From assembly GCF_009914755.1 (NCBI RefSeq), contig NC_060933.1: a stretch of 64,000 nt of DNA, one strand, 5' to 3'. The DNA comes from the human T2T-CHM13v2.0 reference genome, Homo sapiens. Of this stretch, positions 48,170 through 62,439 are shown one piece after another (within the stretch, counting starts at the first letter, position 1; each line of letters begins with the position of its first letter). The notes beneath the pieces were generated by a model. It did not search any database, was not told the origin of the DNA, and saw only the letters and a program-made list of their open reading frames with translations. The position numbers and the translations under genes are program-made.

Positions 48170-49675
48170 GCAGACTTCCAGTTTCTGGTCTGACATGTAA
48201 GAAGCTTGGAAGTCATCACTCTATCCTAGCAACAAGTAAAAAGCTGAACAAAATGAAAATCAGTAACTTTTCTTAGATCTGTCAGAGAAGTGAGGTCACA
48301 TCAAACTGCTGCCCTCAAAGCTGGAGACAGACAGGTGGTTACAGAGAATAATAACTTACCAGAGCAGAACTCCATGAGCAGAAACCTCCACAGGAAAGGC
48401 TAGGAAAACCTAAGCTGTAACTGAAGAGTTGCTGAAGCCTTGGTGTGGACAGGTCTGAGGGTTAAAAACTCCAGAGGGGCCATTCACAGGGCCAACCTCA
48501 TGCTTTTGTGAGTTCCCCACGATCTCTACCAGGTTCTCACAATGAAGGCTGGAGAGAAATCCACTGAGACTTACTGCAGGGGGAGGGGGAAGGGAGCCAT
48601 TTTAAAATATGCCAGAGCATTCTGTGCATCTTAACAAGGTCTGCTCTCAAGAGTAACTCTTTTACCAGTGCCTACCTTAATGGGTTATTTTAGAGCCTAA
48701 CCAACAGGGAGTAAGGGAAAAACCCAGCTCCAGCCCCGTTAGCCGTCCTGTCCCACCCAAGGGGAAAGAGAGCACTGAGAAGTACTTATGAGGTTCACAG
48801 CCCAGCCCGGGGCACAGACTTCCTCTCTCCCCACACCTTATGCCACATTGCTAAAGGTCTATTTACTGGAATTACTTTCACCCAGTATGTCATGTCTAGC
48901 TTTTAAGAAAAGATTATAAGGCATACTAAAATGCAAAAGACACAATTTGAAGACACTGAGCAAACCTCAGAACCAGACTCAGATATGGCAGAGATGTTGG
49001 AATTATTAGATGGAGGTTTTTTTTGTTTGTTTGTTTGTTTTAAACAAGGTCTCATTCTGTCTCCCAGGCTGGAGTGCAGTGACACAATCACAGCTCACTG
49101 CAGCCTCAATCTCCTGGCCTCAAGCAATCCTCCCACCTGAGCTTCCCAAGCAGCTGGCACTAGAAGTACATGCCACATGGCCAGCTATTTTTTTTATTTT
49201 TTGTAGAGACGGGGTCTCACTATGCTGCCCAGACTGGTCTTGAACTCTGGGCCTCAAGCAATCTCCCCGCCTCAGCCTCCTAGAATGCTGGGATTACAGG
49301 CATGAGCCACTATGCCCAGCTCAGATCATGAATCTGAAACAACTATGACTATGTTAAGGACTTTAATTTAAAAAGTAGAAAACATGCAAAGACATATGGG
49401 TAAAGTAAGCAGAGAGATCATTACTCTGAGAATCAAAAAGAAGTGCTAGAGATCAAGATTACTGTAACAGAAATGAAGAATGCCTTTCATGGTCTCAATA
49501 GTAGACTAGACACGGCTAAGGAAAGAATCTCTGAGCTTGAGAATACCATAGTAGAAACTTCCAAATCTGAAGAGGAAAGAAAGAAAACACTGAAAAAACA
49601 GGAAAGAATATCCAAGAACTAAGGAACAACTTCAAAAGGTATAACATATGCATAACAGGAATAGCAGAAGCAGAA
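48170..49675 (+). mobile_element. Old L1M 5' UTR and ORF1 start, interrupted by AluJ
   Basis: ORF1-like QKTQFEDTEQTSEPDSDMAEMLEL; gaaatgaagaatgcctttcatgg...agactagacac...gaaagaatctctgagcttga. Confidence 0.8.
49017..49320 (-). mobile_element. AluJ
   Basis: cacagctcactgcagcctcaatctcctggcctcaagcaatcc. Confidence 0.92.
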
Positions 49676-50389
49676 TGATGTATAATAATCATGTTCACAT
49701 ATATAATCCATTTAATGTCAACTTCTAAGTTCTCCTGGAAGATAAGACAATTATCCTCACTGTAATTGTTTGTGAAATTTCTTCATAACTAGGTTATAAG
49801 CCTCACCAGAAAAGCAAGTTTGAAATCACACTTCATATGCAGCAATGTAGAGACCATGTGGACTCTCATTTTAAAGTACTTTCAGTAAGGTCTAAACAAG
49901 TGGTTGCAAACTCTCAGCACACATGCCATGGTTGATCTAGGCAATTGTTTGCTGTATTCTATCCCACCATACTGTGGCAGTACCTCATGATCCTTCTCAA
50001 TACAACACACTAGGTAGTCATTTCCAATTTTCTGGAGTTAGCCCACAAAATACATTCTGTTTACCAATATTTCCTAAGGTGTTTATGTGGCAACTTCCTT
50101 CTACAAAACATTAATTTCTGAAAAACAAAAAAGGATTAATAGGGTCCCATGAGTTTGAAAACGCTGAATCAAAATTACACACATTCTTCTTTTAACTGTG
50201 AGACTTCATAATATTCATGATGTGTCTATTTTCTAAACTTTCTAAACCAGGAAGGGGCAGCTTGTGAAACAAGCATGCCCTGAAGCATACTTGGACAATA
50301 TTATTCTAGAAATATTCATGGATACATTGTTTACGGGAAACTAGGAGTTTGGGAAGGGTGCCTAATGTTTTTAGGTTAGTGCTATAGTA

Positions 50390-50590
50390 CAGGGATTTTG
50401 CAGATTTTTCTCCACCCAGGCCAGATGCTAAGTATTTTAGACTTTGCAACCCATAAAGTCTCTTTCACAGCTACTCATCTCTGCTGTTGCAGCGCAAAAG
50501 CAGCCATAGTCAATCCTGGGTGTGGCTGTATTCCAATAAAATTTTGTTTACAAAAAGAGGAATGTGGGTTGTAATTTGCCAACCCCTGCT
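50390..50590. mobile_element. MER58A-like MITE
   Basis: aagtattttagactttgc...caaaagcagccatag...gtggctgtattccaataaaatttt...tttgccaacccctg. Confidence 0.8.
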
Positions 50591-50696
50591 ACAAAGAATA
50601 ATAATGATGCTTTGTTGAAAAACATTTTTATTCAACAAATACCGAGTAGCTACTGTGTGTTTTTTGGTTCCGTAAATATTGTTGGATGCATGAATA

Positions 50697-51059
50697 CAGT
50701 AGTCACCTCTTATACATGGGTTATATATCCCAGGGCCCCCAGTGAGTGCCTGAAACCACGGAGAGGACTGGACCCTGTATATGCTGTTTTTTCCATCTAA
50801 TAACCAAGATGGCGATTGTGACTAGCAGGTGGGTAGCATAGTAGGTAGTGTATATAGCATGAATACATTGCACAAAAGGATAAGTCCCGTCCCAGAGGGA
50901 CAGCATGAGATTTCTTCACACTACTCAAAATGGCATGCAATTTAAAACTTATAAATTTTTTACTTCTGGAATTTTCCATTTAATATTGTCAGACCAAGGG
51001 TGACCATTGGTAACCGAAACCACAGAAAACAAAACAACAGATAGAGGGGGGGCTACTGC
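50697..51059 (-). mobile_element. MER44 (Tigger7-derived) MITE
   Basis: TIRs cagtagtc... / ...gctactg; tttaaaacttataa...ttctggaattttccatttaatatt. Confidence 0.88.
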
Positions 51060-53390
51060 AGATGAAATCAGTGTGTCGGGGAGAGACCAAGGTGTTTAAG
51101 GCACAGACACTGTACAAAGTCCTAAACCTTTACAGTTGACATTTACTTATGGTTTTTTTGCTTGGCTTTTTGTAAAACTATTATTTTTGCATCACCATTC
51201 CACAGAGGAGGGAACTGAGACTCAGACTTCCTTTGGTGGCCATGCCAGAGGTGGCATCAAGGAACACAGGATGCATAGGCACACCACCAGTATAGCTTTT
51301 CTAAGTTACTGATGCTTTGTGTGTCAGCTTGACATTGCCCAAACTTATGGTGTGAGTCCTACAAATATTAAAACCACAATAAAAAGATCACGAAAAAAAC
51401 AACTAATTTGCTTTAGGTAATCCAACCCTGCAGTGTTTATGTGTTCCATTCTTGAGTTGTTCAAAGAAACTGATTACATCTTTTTCCCACATCCAGTTCT
51501 CTAGTCCTCTGCTAAACTTAAAACCTGGCCAGTAGCAAGGAAAGATAAAGGCACCCTCTGTTTTTTTCAATGTTTTGTTTTGAAACCCTGATGGAAAAGC
51601 TTTATTTAGATCTGGCTAGCCTTTATCCTGCAAAACTTCCCAAACAAAGGCTTCATGGCTTGGAGTTTTTCCAGGTCCTGTTGATTCCTGTAAATCAAGT
51701 TAACCCAAGGCAAGTTTGGGCTTTGTTCAAATCCCTACTACCCTCCACTTCCATGCCTGTTTCCCATGCCAGCTGTTTAGACTACAGCATTCTGATATCT
51801 GCAACCCACCGTTAGGTTAGGCTATGTTCTTGCCCAGCAAAAGAGAATCCCAAGATGACAAGTATTTAGCATCTGACAACTACAGAAGCAGGGAAAGGGA
51901 AGCGATTTATAATGAAAAGGAGATGGGTGCCCCCATGTTTACTTTCTCAAGCTCTGTTGCACCATCCCTTCTAATTGTAACCTTTTTGAGTAAGTACTAG
52001 AAATTAGCCTGTTTCTAACAAAAGAAGCCATTGAAGCCCCCCTTACCCACCCCCCTGCACCCCTATAGCACAATATACTAAATTGCTGATGTGAAACAAT
52101 TAGCATTGCGGCCAGACATAGGGCTCCAATTTAAAAAAGTGCTGTGTCCCTTGAAATTCCTTAGGCTTGGCTGCCTTGCTGGCCACAGAACCAGCCACCG
52201 GAATGTTTAATAGCCCAAATGCTCTCTGCCTAAACCATTTGTTTCTCTTCCTAGAATTCCTATGGAAATTTTCTTATGAAACAGATCTAAGAGTCAGTAT
52301 GTACAAAGAGCTTCCTTTTGAACAATTGTCTTCCACTCCCCTATTCCCAGCCAGATCGGATGAAAGCAAAAAATCTTCTCAGATTCCACAAGCAAAATTG
52401 GGCCTCATAAAGGCTTATAAGAGCTAAAAAAAAGTGGGAGCCATTCTTCAATTGGATCAAATGTCTGATCTAAATGAAAGCAAATTCCTAGGATTCCTCT
52501 TCAGCTGGCATCATTCAGTATAGCCAGTTCTCAAAGTATTGCTACAACATCCGCCAACAGGGATTGTCACCACTCATAAACATCTGTGGATTTAACTCAC
52601 CCCAGAGCTCTGAAGACTGGGAAATCCAGGCATTTGTTATTTCTGCAGAACAAACTAACCTTGACCCAATAAGGGGCAAAAACAAGGCAAAGCAAAATTA
52701 AATGACAAGACCTAGGTGTGACTGATGGAAGGCAGAATATAGAAATGGGGAGAGGATTTGTTCTTGGGAATGTGTAATATCCAGTAAAGAACACCTGACT
52801 GGCTTTAACAGCCATGTCTACTAAGCACAATTTTTTTACCTACTAAAAACTCTAGTTTGGTGGCTTATCCTGTGTTTGTTTTTTCCCTCCACATCAAAGA
52901 ATAACACACTTGACCATGGCTTGTCACATGTGACTTGCATTAACTAGTCATTCAATCTGTAAACATGACACTCTAGAACTAGGTGTTTTCTGAGATCCTC
53001 CGGCACTACAATTCTATGAAAGATTTTTATCTTTAGAGTTTCAGAAAACGGTATGGCATCTTTTCCCTTCCCTAAGATTAAGAAAAAGAATTCATAGAAA
53101 TTAAAGCAGACCCAGTTTCACCTATGAAGGAAAAATACATACCATTGTCTGATGGAGACACATACACCAGTTTGAGTTATTGGGGGCAAAACACACAAGA
53201 CTTCATTTTTCCCCTTCCCACAGCACTGGCTTCTTGGGCATTTCACACGTCCTTCAGGGGATAACAAAGAATATAAGAAAAGTTAAGACTCAAATCAGTT
53301 TTCACACAGTATCTGTTAGGAATGCTAAAAATAAGCTAGGTAGCAAAGAGTAGTCATAATTAAGGTTGAAGTTTAACTGTGAATTTCAAT

Positions 53391-53620
53391 TACCGTATTT
53401 CTATAAAATTTAATTTTTATATTTCAGCAATACTAAGACACATTTTTATTTTCACATTTAACATCTCTGAAATTGGAATGCAATTCTACATTCCAGGGAG
53501 TTGCATTTTACAATTCCTGTCATCGAGGCACCGTCATGATGTAGTTGTCATTGCTGAGGTATGTACAGCATTGGTCACACCTGTTCATAGGAATGTCATC
53601 ATCTCTATTGAATGATGTAC
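53391..53620. mobile_element. Old Tigger-family fragment
   Basis: taccgtattt terminus; cacatttaacatctctgaaattgg. Confidence 0.5.
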
Positions 53621-53628
53621 AACCTGGT

Positions 53629-53936
53629 TGCTATGGTTTGAATGTCCCCTGCAAAACTCATGTTGAAACTTAATGTGGCATATTGAGAGGTGGGGCCTTT
53701 AAGAGGTGATTGGACCATGAGCCAGCATGTTAGCACACTCAGTCCCCTCACCATGTGATGCCCTGCACCGCCACACGACTCTTCAGAGTCCTCACCAGCA
53801 AGAAGGCCCTCACCAGATACGGCCCCTCAATCTTGGCCTTCCCAGCCTCCATAACCTTAAGAAATAAATTCCTTTTCTTTATAAACTACCCAGTTTCAGA
53901 TATTCTGTTATAAGCAACAGAAAAGATACTAATATA
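53629..53936 (+). mobile_element. MST-type MaLR solo LTR
   Basis: tgctatggtttgaatgtcccc...gaggtggggcctttaagaggtgatt...tattctgttataagcaacagaaa. Confidence 0.88.
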
Positions 53937-54499
53937 TCAGTACTACAGCATTGAATTTAACTATGATTTGACATTTAGATAAAAGATTTCAAGAAAGTAA
54001 AAAGACACAGAAAACAGAGCAGAGGGGTATAAATTTGACATAAGTGAAATAAACATTCTATTGTGTATATACAAAGACATAAAAACTGAGCAGAAAATAT
54101 TCACTGTAGGAGAAGAATGACTATGCTTCCATATTTTCTTATAAAGGAATAACAAGTGCTTTACAGGAGCTAAAAAAGATGTTCACAAGAATATGATGTT
54201 AGGGTTTGTTACTGAGGTGTGTGCAAAATGATTGCCTATCACAAGGCAAGGAAGGCAACTGGGGACAGGACAAATTGCCACACCCCGTGGAAGAGCTGAG
54301 AGACATTTCAAAGCAGTAAGAGGTTGCTGTGATCAATTCATATAAAGTTGTTTTATTTTTTCTTCTCTTTCTTACTAATACATAAAATAATGGTAAGATT
54401 TGCAATTGATGGAATCTTAGGGTTGATGGGCTGTATCTTCAGCATCATAACTAACTGAATATGAAGTAGACCTTGATAAGAGATTGAAATAATATGTGG

Positions 54500-55600
54500 T
54501 GTTGTACTCATGACTCATCTATGGAAAGTCATCCTCTTTGTGACCTCCAGCCCCTCAACCCCTCAGTCAGCAAGACCACTGACTGCTCTTCCCAGCTAAC
54601 TTCACATCCATGGCCACTCAGCCCAGGCCTCCCTAATTAGTCCTTTCACCATGTTCTTACCAACACCTTAAAGACCGGTTTTTTCCCCCATGATTTTCTA
54701 TCTTGGTTAATGACTTCTGCATGTACCTCGTTACCCAGTTTCAAAAAGTAAAACCTTCTGGTTCATAGTAGATGCTCAATAAACGCCTGTTTCTTTTATC
54801 ATATGCCTCCTCCCCAGCTCACAAATCCCCTCTTCTGGGCCTAACCACACTCCGTGATTTCACAGAGCTCATATAACCAGCTTTCTCCAACACTCATTAC
54901 ATTCACACTAAAGGTTCCCTGTTTTCAAAAAACTTTGCTTCCACCCTGACTTTCTAGCAACTTGGTAGCAACTAGAAAAGATCATTTTTAGTTTGCTTTT
55001 TGCCACTTTATTCAAACTGCCTTTTCTGTAAATAAATCTCAGGGTAAAAAATATATATATAATGGAATTCTACCTGTTTTTGGTTTTAATTCTGCTGAAT
55101 GTCTCAGCAACACTTGATACTATTTAAAACTTCCTCCTTCCTGAAATTTTCTCCTTTCTGACTTCTGAAATGCCATTTTTTCTTGGTTTTCTTCCAAAGT
55201 TTATGAAAACTTCTTTGGTTACCCTTTCTGGAATCTTTGCCTCTATTCAGCCCTCAAAAGTAAAGTGCTCCATTGCATATACATTTCCGTATTATCTCAT
55301 TCCAAATCCATATTTCCAATTCCAGCCTGAGCTCCAAACAGCATTTCAAACCATCTCCTGGAAATCCTCATCTAGGTGACTTACAAAGATCTCTGTCAAC
55401 TATATCCCAAACTAAAATAAACTCCTCTATATTCTGACTGTTCTTATACACAAATACTCAGTTAAGAACACGATTATCTTCATACACCAAGTGAGAAACC
55501 TCAGCATCATCTTACACTCTTTCTTCTTCAACTCCAACTGTAAGTACCACCCAGTCTTGTTAAGTCAAATTCTGTGAGATCTATTGAATCAAATCCTTTT
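54500..55600 (+). mobile_element. L2 fragments
   Basis: C/T-rich L2-like sequence; catagtagatgctcaataaa; ccagcctgagctccaaac. Confidence 0.55.
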
Positions 55601-56212
55601 GATTTTTATTCATTTTTACAAATGTTTAGTGAACACCTTCTCTTGGGGATGGCTCTGTAAAGTGCCAGTGATAACCCTCTCCTCCTTCTAAGTTTGATTC
55701 TCAGAGATAGATCCATTCTTCAGATAGAAATTAGAGTATGTGCAACCCAAATGAGGCTCCATACACACAAATACACACATGCACATGCACACGGGCACAC
55801 ACACACACACACACATACACATGCAAAAACCCAAATTTGCAATCCATCTTAAAAGAGAGTCTGCAAAGAAATATGTCCAGTCAGCTACATGGGGAATTAT
55901 GTGCTGTCTTGCAACCCTTGAGCCTAGAGAGCTTCTAGAAAACAGGCTCGGGATCATCAATCAGGTTGGCTTACATAATTAGCAATCAGGCTTGCTTACT
56001 TCGTGGAGGAGATCAGTAGAAGAACATATCCACCCTATAGATTAGCCTAAAACACAGCCCAGAAGAATATTAGCTGCTATGAGCGAATTCCACAATATCA
56101 CAAATCAGATAAATAATTCTTATTTTGTGAAAAAGGTGGAGTATAAAATGAAGAGAGAGAATGTAATTGGAAGTGTTACTGTAATGCTATCTCACCTGAT
56201 AAGTGGAGTGGA

Positions 56213-56854
56213 AGTCCTATATTCGTTTTCTGAGGCTGCTATAAAAAATTACAACTAGGCCAGGGCCAGTGGCTCACACTTGTAATCTCAGCACTTTGGG
56301 AGGCCAACGTAAGAGTATCCCTTGAGCCCAGAAGTTTGAGATCAGCCTGGGCAACATAGGGAGGCTCCAACTCTAAAAAAAAAAAAAAACTACCAACTTG
56401 GTGGCTTGATGACTTAAACAATAGAAATTTATTCTCTCATATTCTTAGGGGCCAGAACTTTAAAATCAAGATGTTTAGGGGGTTGGTTTCTTCGGGAGGC
56501 TCTAAGGGCGAATCCATTCCTTACCCCTCTCCTGGTTTCTGACGGCTGCTGGCAATTGTTGGTGCCCTTTGGCTTACAGTTGTATAACTCTATTCTCTGA
56601 CTCTATCTTAACATGTCCCTGGCCCCTGTGTCTCCCTGTATGCTCTATGTCAAATCTCCTTCTCCTTTCTGTTAGAAGAACACTAGTCTTTGGATTTAGA
56701 ATCTATCCTAAGTGTAGGATACTATCACTTCATGATATTTAAGTAATTATATCTACAAAGACCTTATTTCCAAATAAAATCACATTTATAGGTATCAGAA
56801 GTTAAAACTTGGACATATCTTTACCTTTTCGGGGACACTAAACAATCTACTACA
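56213..56854 (-). mobile_element. MLT1C-like solo LTR containing an Alu monomer (56258-56389, +)
   Basis: gaggctgctataa...cttaaacaatagaaatttattctctca...aaagaccttatttccaaataa...ctactaca. Confidence 0.85.
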
Positions 56855-57141
56855 AGTCCTTATGAAAGTGTGAGCACAAGGATTCTCCCTCTACTTCTCT
56901 TTTATTCCAGGAACTGTACCAGGCACCAGAAACACAGAAATGAGTAAAATCAATGCAGTCTGTGTCCTCACACTCACTGTCCATTCTTCACTTTTCCTAC
57001 TAATAATGCCTGACCAATTTAAATGGTCTCCTAATTTTTCTCCTGGTCTCAAGTCTAATTAGTGACAGATTTTAAAACATGCACATTAGTCAGAACAGGC
57101 AAGGTTCTGCTGCAACAAATAACCACTGTATTTCCATGTCT

Positions 57142-57412
57142 CTTTTTTTTTTTTTTTTTTTTTTGAGACAGGGTCTTTTTCTGTCACCCAGGCTGGAGTG
57201 CAGTGGCACGATCATAGCTCACTGTAACCTCAAACTCCTGGGCTCAAGCAATCCTCCCACCTCAGCCTGCCACACTCGGCTCATTTTTAAAATTTTTGAT
57301 AGAGACAGAGTCTTGCTTTGTTGCCATGCTGGTCTCAAACTTCTGGATTCAGGCAATCCTCTTGCCTTGGCCTCCCAAAGTGCTGGGATTATAAGCATGA
57401 GCCACCACACCC
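57142..57412 (-). mobile_element. AluJ with internal deletion, nested in an old MLT1-like LTR (~57080-57757)
   Basis: Alu lacks the cccgagtagctgggactacagg segment; flanks are MLT1J/K-like. Confidence 0.85.
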
Positions 57413-58599
57413 AATCTTCTCAGTGTCATAAAGCAAAGAAGGCTTGTGTCTTCTTATTCATATCCCTGAAAGAATAGCTGAGTCTTCTCTATGTTTTTCT
57501 CATTCAAGGACCAAGTCTCATGCTTCCATAAAAGCTAAGGCAGAAAAACGAAAAATGACAAATCGAACAATGTCTCTTAAAGTTTCTACCCAGACATGGC
57601 ACATGTCACTTGCACTCATTTCTCATTAGCATTGGTCCAAGTAAGTCATGTGACTTTGACTCACCTCAAAGGTATACAGAGAAGTATGTAGTCCTAATAT
57701 AGGCTTAGAAGTGTGAAGAACTAGCAATATTCAGTGAATAGCTCTAATAACTACCATGATCATCCTAATGTTTCAATCTGTAATACACATGCCTTGCTTG
57801 CAGATTAAAGTATACACTCCTCAGCATGGCATTCCAGGCTTTATATAGAGATCCCAATCTCTATTTTCTGCTTCATTTCTGCCACTAATGCTCCAGCACT
57901 TTGACTACTCAAATTCCCTGCCATGCTGTGCCCTCTCTAGCCTCCAGGTGTTTGTTTACACTGTTCCCTCCACCGGGAACAACCTTTGTCCTTACTAATT
58001 TTCCAGGTTTCTTCTTAAAGGTCATTTCTTCTATGAAGCCTTTTCCTTAGGTAGAATTAATCCCTCCATCTGTTATCATATTTCATTTTTACATAACTCA
58101 TTCCTTCACTAATTTATTTCCTCAAGAAGTAAACCACATGCCAGGAACTGTGCTGCAAAAATAAAGAAAACAGCATAGCCGTAGTCCTCCAAAGCTTTTT
58201 GCCTAGTAGGGGAGAAAAGAAATGTAACAGGCAATTAAAATACAGAATTTCACATGCCACTTGAGGAGAAGGATGAGGTGCTATGGGAGCTCATTAGCCA
58301 AGAAAAGGCTTGGGGAGGAGAAAGATCCAGGTGAAGAAAAGCTTGTATAAAGGCCCATAGAGAGGAGAACTCATGATGAGTTTGGAGAACTGAAAATATG
58401 TGCTTAAATACAGGGGAAATGCATGGCACACACTGTAAAGTGAATTGAAGATGGCACCATGTCTTGAACTGGAGAACAAGACAGTCTCATTTACTACTTT
58501 CACAATTCATCAGAGTAATTGGTTCCTTATTTTGGCCTCTTTGATCTATCAGTTTCTGAGATCTGAGAGGGTATTTCTCTTTGTTGTTGTGTTGGTGGG

Positions 58600-58909
58600 C
58601 TTTGTTTTGTTTTGTTTTTCTGAGACATAGTCTTGCTCTGTCATCCAGGCTGGAGTACAGGGTTGTATGATCACGGCTCACTGTAGCCTTGACCTCCCAG
58701 GCTCAAATGATCCTCCCACCTACCTCAGCCTTCTGAGCAGCTGGGACTACAGGCACGCGCCAACGCCCAGCTTGTTTTTTGTGTTTTTTCGTAAAGAAGG
58801 ATTTTTGCCATGTTGCCCAGGCTGCTCTTGAACTCCTAGGCTCAAGCGATCCTGCTGCCTTGGCTTCTCAAAGTGCTGGAATTATAGGTGTGAGCAACAG
58901 CACCCAGCC
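58600..58909 (-). mobile_element. AluJ
   Basis: gatcacggctcactgtagccttgacctcccaggctcaa. Confidence 0.92.
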
Positions 58910-59208
58910 TTCCTCTTCATTTTGTAATGCTACCGCCTATTATTATGCATTGTCTTGTTTCTTTATACTTTTTTTTGCTGAATATTCTATTCATATTCTA
59001 CTAATATTAGTATTAATTTTATCAACTTTTAAAAAATTAATAAACCATTTTCTCTTTTCATTTTTAATCATTCCATAACATTTTAAGATGTGTTTATAAA
59101 CACCACATAATTATGTTTTACTTTTTAGTCCAGAGATTGTCCAATTCAATATTAGAAAAGTGAGTTTAACCTGTATCTACTTTGTATAATTATTAATATA
59201 TTTACACT

Positions 59209-59373
59209 GGCCAGGTGCAGCAGTTCACTCCTGTAATCCCAGAACTTTGGGAGACCAAGATGGGTAGATCACATGCGACCAGCCTGGCCAACATGCCAAA
59301 ACCCCATCCCTACTAAAAATACAAAAATCAGCCGGGCATGGTGGTGACTGCCTGTAATCCCAGCTACTGTGTG

Positions 59374-59406
<33 letters not shown>

Positions 59407-59468
59407 ATATATATATGTGTGTGTGTATATAGATATGTGTATATATATATACACACACACACATGCGC
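59209..59468 (+). mobile_element. Truncated Alu whose right arm is replaced by a compound (TG)n/(TA)n/(CA)n microsatellite
   Basis: Alu ends at cccagctact (59368); ~100 bp of nearly pure alternating purine-pyrimidine follows. Confidence 0.88.
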
Positions 59469-60649
59469 TCACACCTTTACATTTTACCGCCACTTTGATT
59501 TTTGCCACCTTTACATTTTACTTTTTGCCATTCTTTTTTTCTTTTTGCTATTTTATTAAACAGATCAATTTTATAGACTTCTTTCTTTTCACTTTCCAGT
59601 GTAGAAGTTATGCATTTTGTGTTTATTTTAGCATACATTCTTACATGTATAATATGCTGACAAAGTGAAAGGTAATCAGTATTTCTTTTCTCTACGGAAA
59701 AAGACAAGGACCTTAGCAAACAGTAACTTCCTCCAAATTTCCTCTGCTTCAAGGTTTCCAAGTTACTGTGGAATATTTTATTTCTAGCTTCTTTTGAAAC
59801 ACAAAACACAAAAACAACTGTTCTTGTTATTTTATGGAAAATACTTTTTGAAATTGTGTTCAACATTTTATTGCTTCCTTTGTTCATCATTGCTTCTTGT
59901 ACTTTATCACTCCACCCTGCAATCATTTATCTTCTCACTGAACCCCAGGGCTTTAGCCCCAGTCAAATAGATACTTTAACCCTAGGGCTGCTTAAAGAAC
60001 CACCCTCATATATGGGTATCTGGGGTCCCTGAGTTGTAACCCAGCACTTTGGAGCGTCCCTCTGGCTCTTCATCTACAGTGCCTATCCCCAAGAGCCAAG
60101 GAATCCAGGAGCCCAAGAGGACACCCCACCAGAGCAGGTACCTCTGGTCTTCCTCTGAACCATGTTTCAAAGATCCAGGACCCAGGAATTTCCTCTGAAT
60201 GGCAAATGTTAAGGGCAGGCTTTCAGTGTAGCTTCCTGGTCCACACAGACCTTTACATCCTGCTCATTGATACTAGTTCCTTCCACATTTCCAAAAAGTA
60301 CAAATTTTGCTTTATGTTGAGCCAGATTTGTGTGAGTTAATATAGAATCTAATAATTCTGTATGTCTCAAGAGGAAGGGTTGTTAGGAGGAGGGGAAAGT
60401 AGATTTTATATGTACAAAATCCACTGCCTTAATCTTAATTTTACATATAATTAAATGTATGATTTAAGTGAAATAAAATTAATTGAATTACATTGGTTAA
60501 TTTTACAATTAAATTGATTGAATTAAAATTATTAAATTATACATCAAGAAAATCCTCTAACTGTGGCCCAAATCGTACTGTGGACCAGATAAGTCTATGA
60601 TCTGGGGCAAATTACTTTATTTTTCTGAGCTCCAATTTCTCCTTTTAAG

Positions 60650-61605
<956 letters not shown>

Positions 61606-61789
61606 ATGGGGAGATTCCATAAGATAATTTCTAGGAGAGTTTTTAGCCCCAACATTCTGAGATCTAAATGTAAAATAATGAATCTTCAAGTTTAGCAAGG
61701 AAAGAAAGAAAATCTCTTCTTAGAGGTAAGAAATTGGATCATGCAACCTCAAAAATAAGTGTATATCTATAAATATAATATTACCATTT

Positions 61790-62435
61790 CACATGAATTC
61801 ATTTGTAACTTGTCTACCCAGCACTGTTTTCTGAACGTATCCATATTGATACACAGAGACATAATTCATTCATAGTTAACTGAAGTAGAGTAGTTCAATG
61901 TATTCTATAATGTGTTTATGCAGTCCCGCATGATGAACATTAATGTTCTTTCCAATTTTTCACCAATATAAACACATCAATGAATTTGTCTAAACATGTT
62001 TGCTTGTATACATGAGCAAGAATTTCACAAGTGTATATATACAATTAGGGTAGCAAATATACAAAGCTTTTAGATACTGCCAATTTGACCTCCAAAGTAT
62101 TTGTACCAACTTACTTTCCAACCAACAATATATTCCACAGTTTCATTTTCTCTACATATTCACTAACCCTTTGAATGGTATTTCATTTTTTAATTTCATT
62201 TTCCCTGAATACTAATAGAGTTTCCATTCAGATTTCTATTCTATGAGTTGGATATGATTAACATTTGTCCATTTTTTTCCTGGCTTGCTTTTATTTTCCT
62301 CAGTGATTTATAGAACACATATATATTCTTGATAGTAATCCTTTACTGGTCATACTTGTTACAAATATCTTGTTCAAGTTTTTGGTGAGTCTCTTGACTT
62401 TGCTTATGGTATCTTTTGTCACACAAAAAATTCCA
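61790..62435 (-). mobile_element. Old L1 antisense fragment
   Basis: tagatactgccaa...tgtaccaacttactttccaaccaaca...tatattcttgatagtaatcctttact. Confidence 0.75.
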
Positions 62436-62439
62436 TTGC

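Noticed and set aside
59477-59926. 149-aa minus-strand ORF
   Set aside because: Lies in decayed antisense L1-like sequence; no recognisable product
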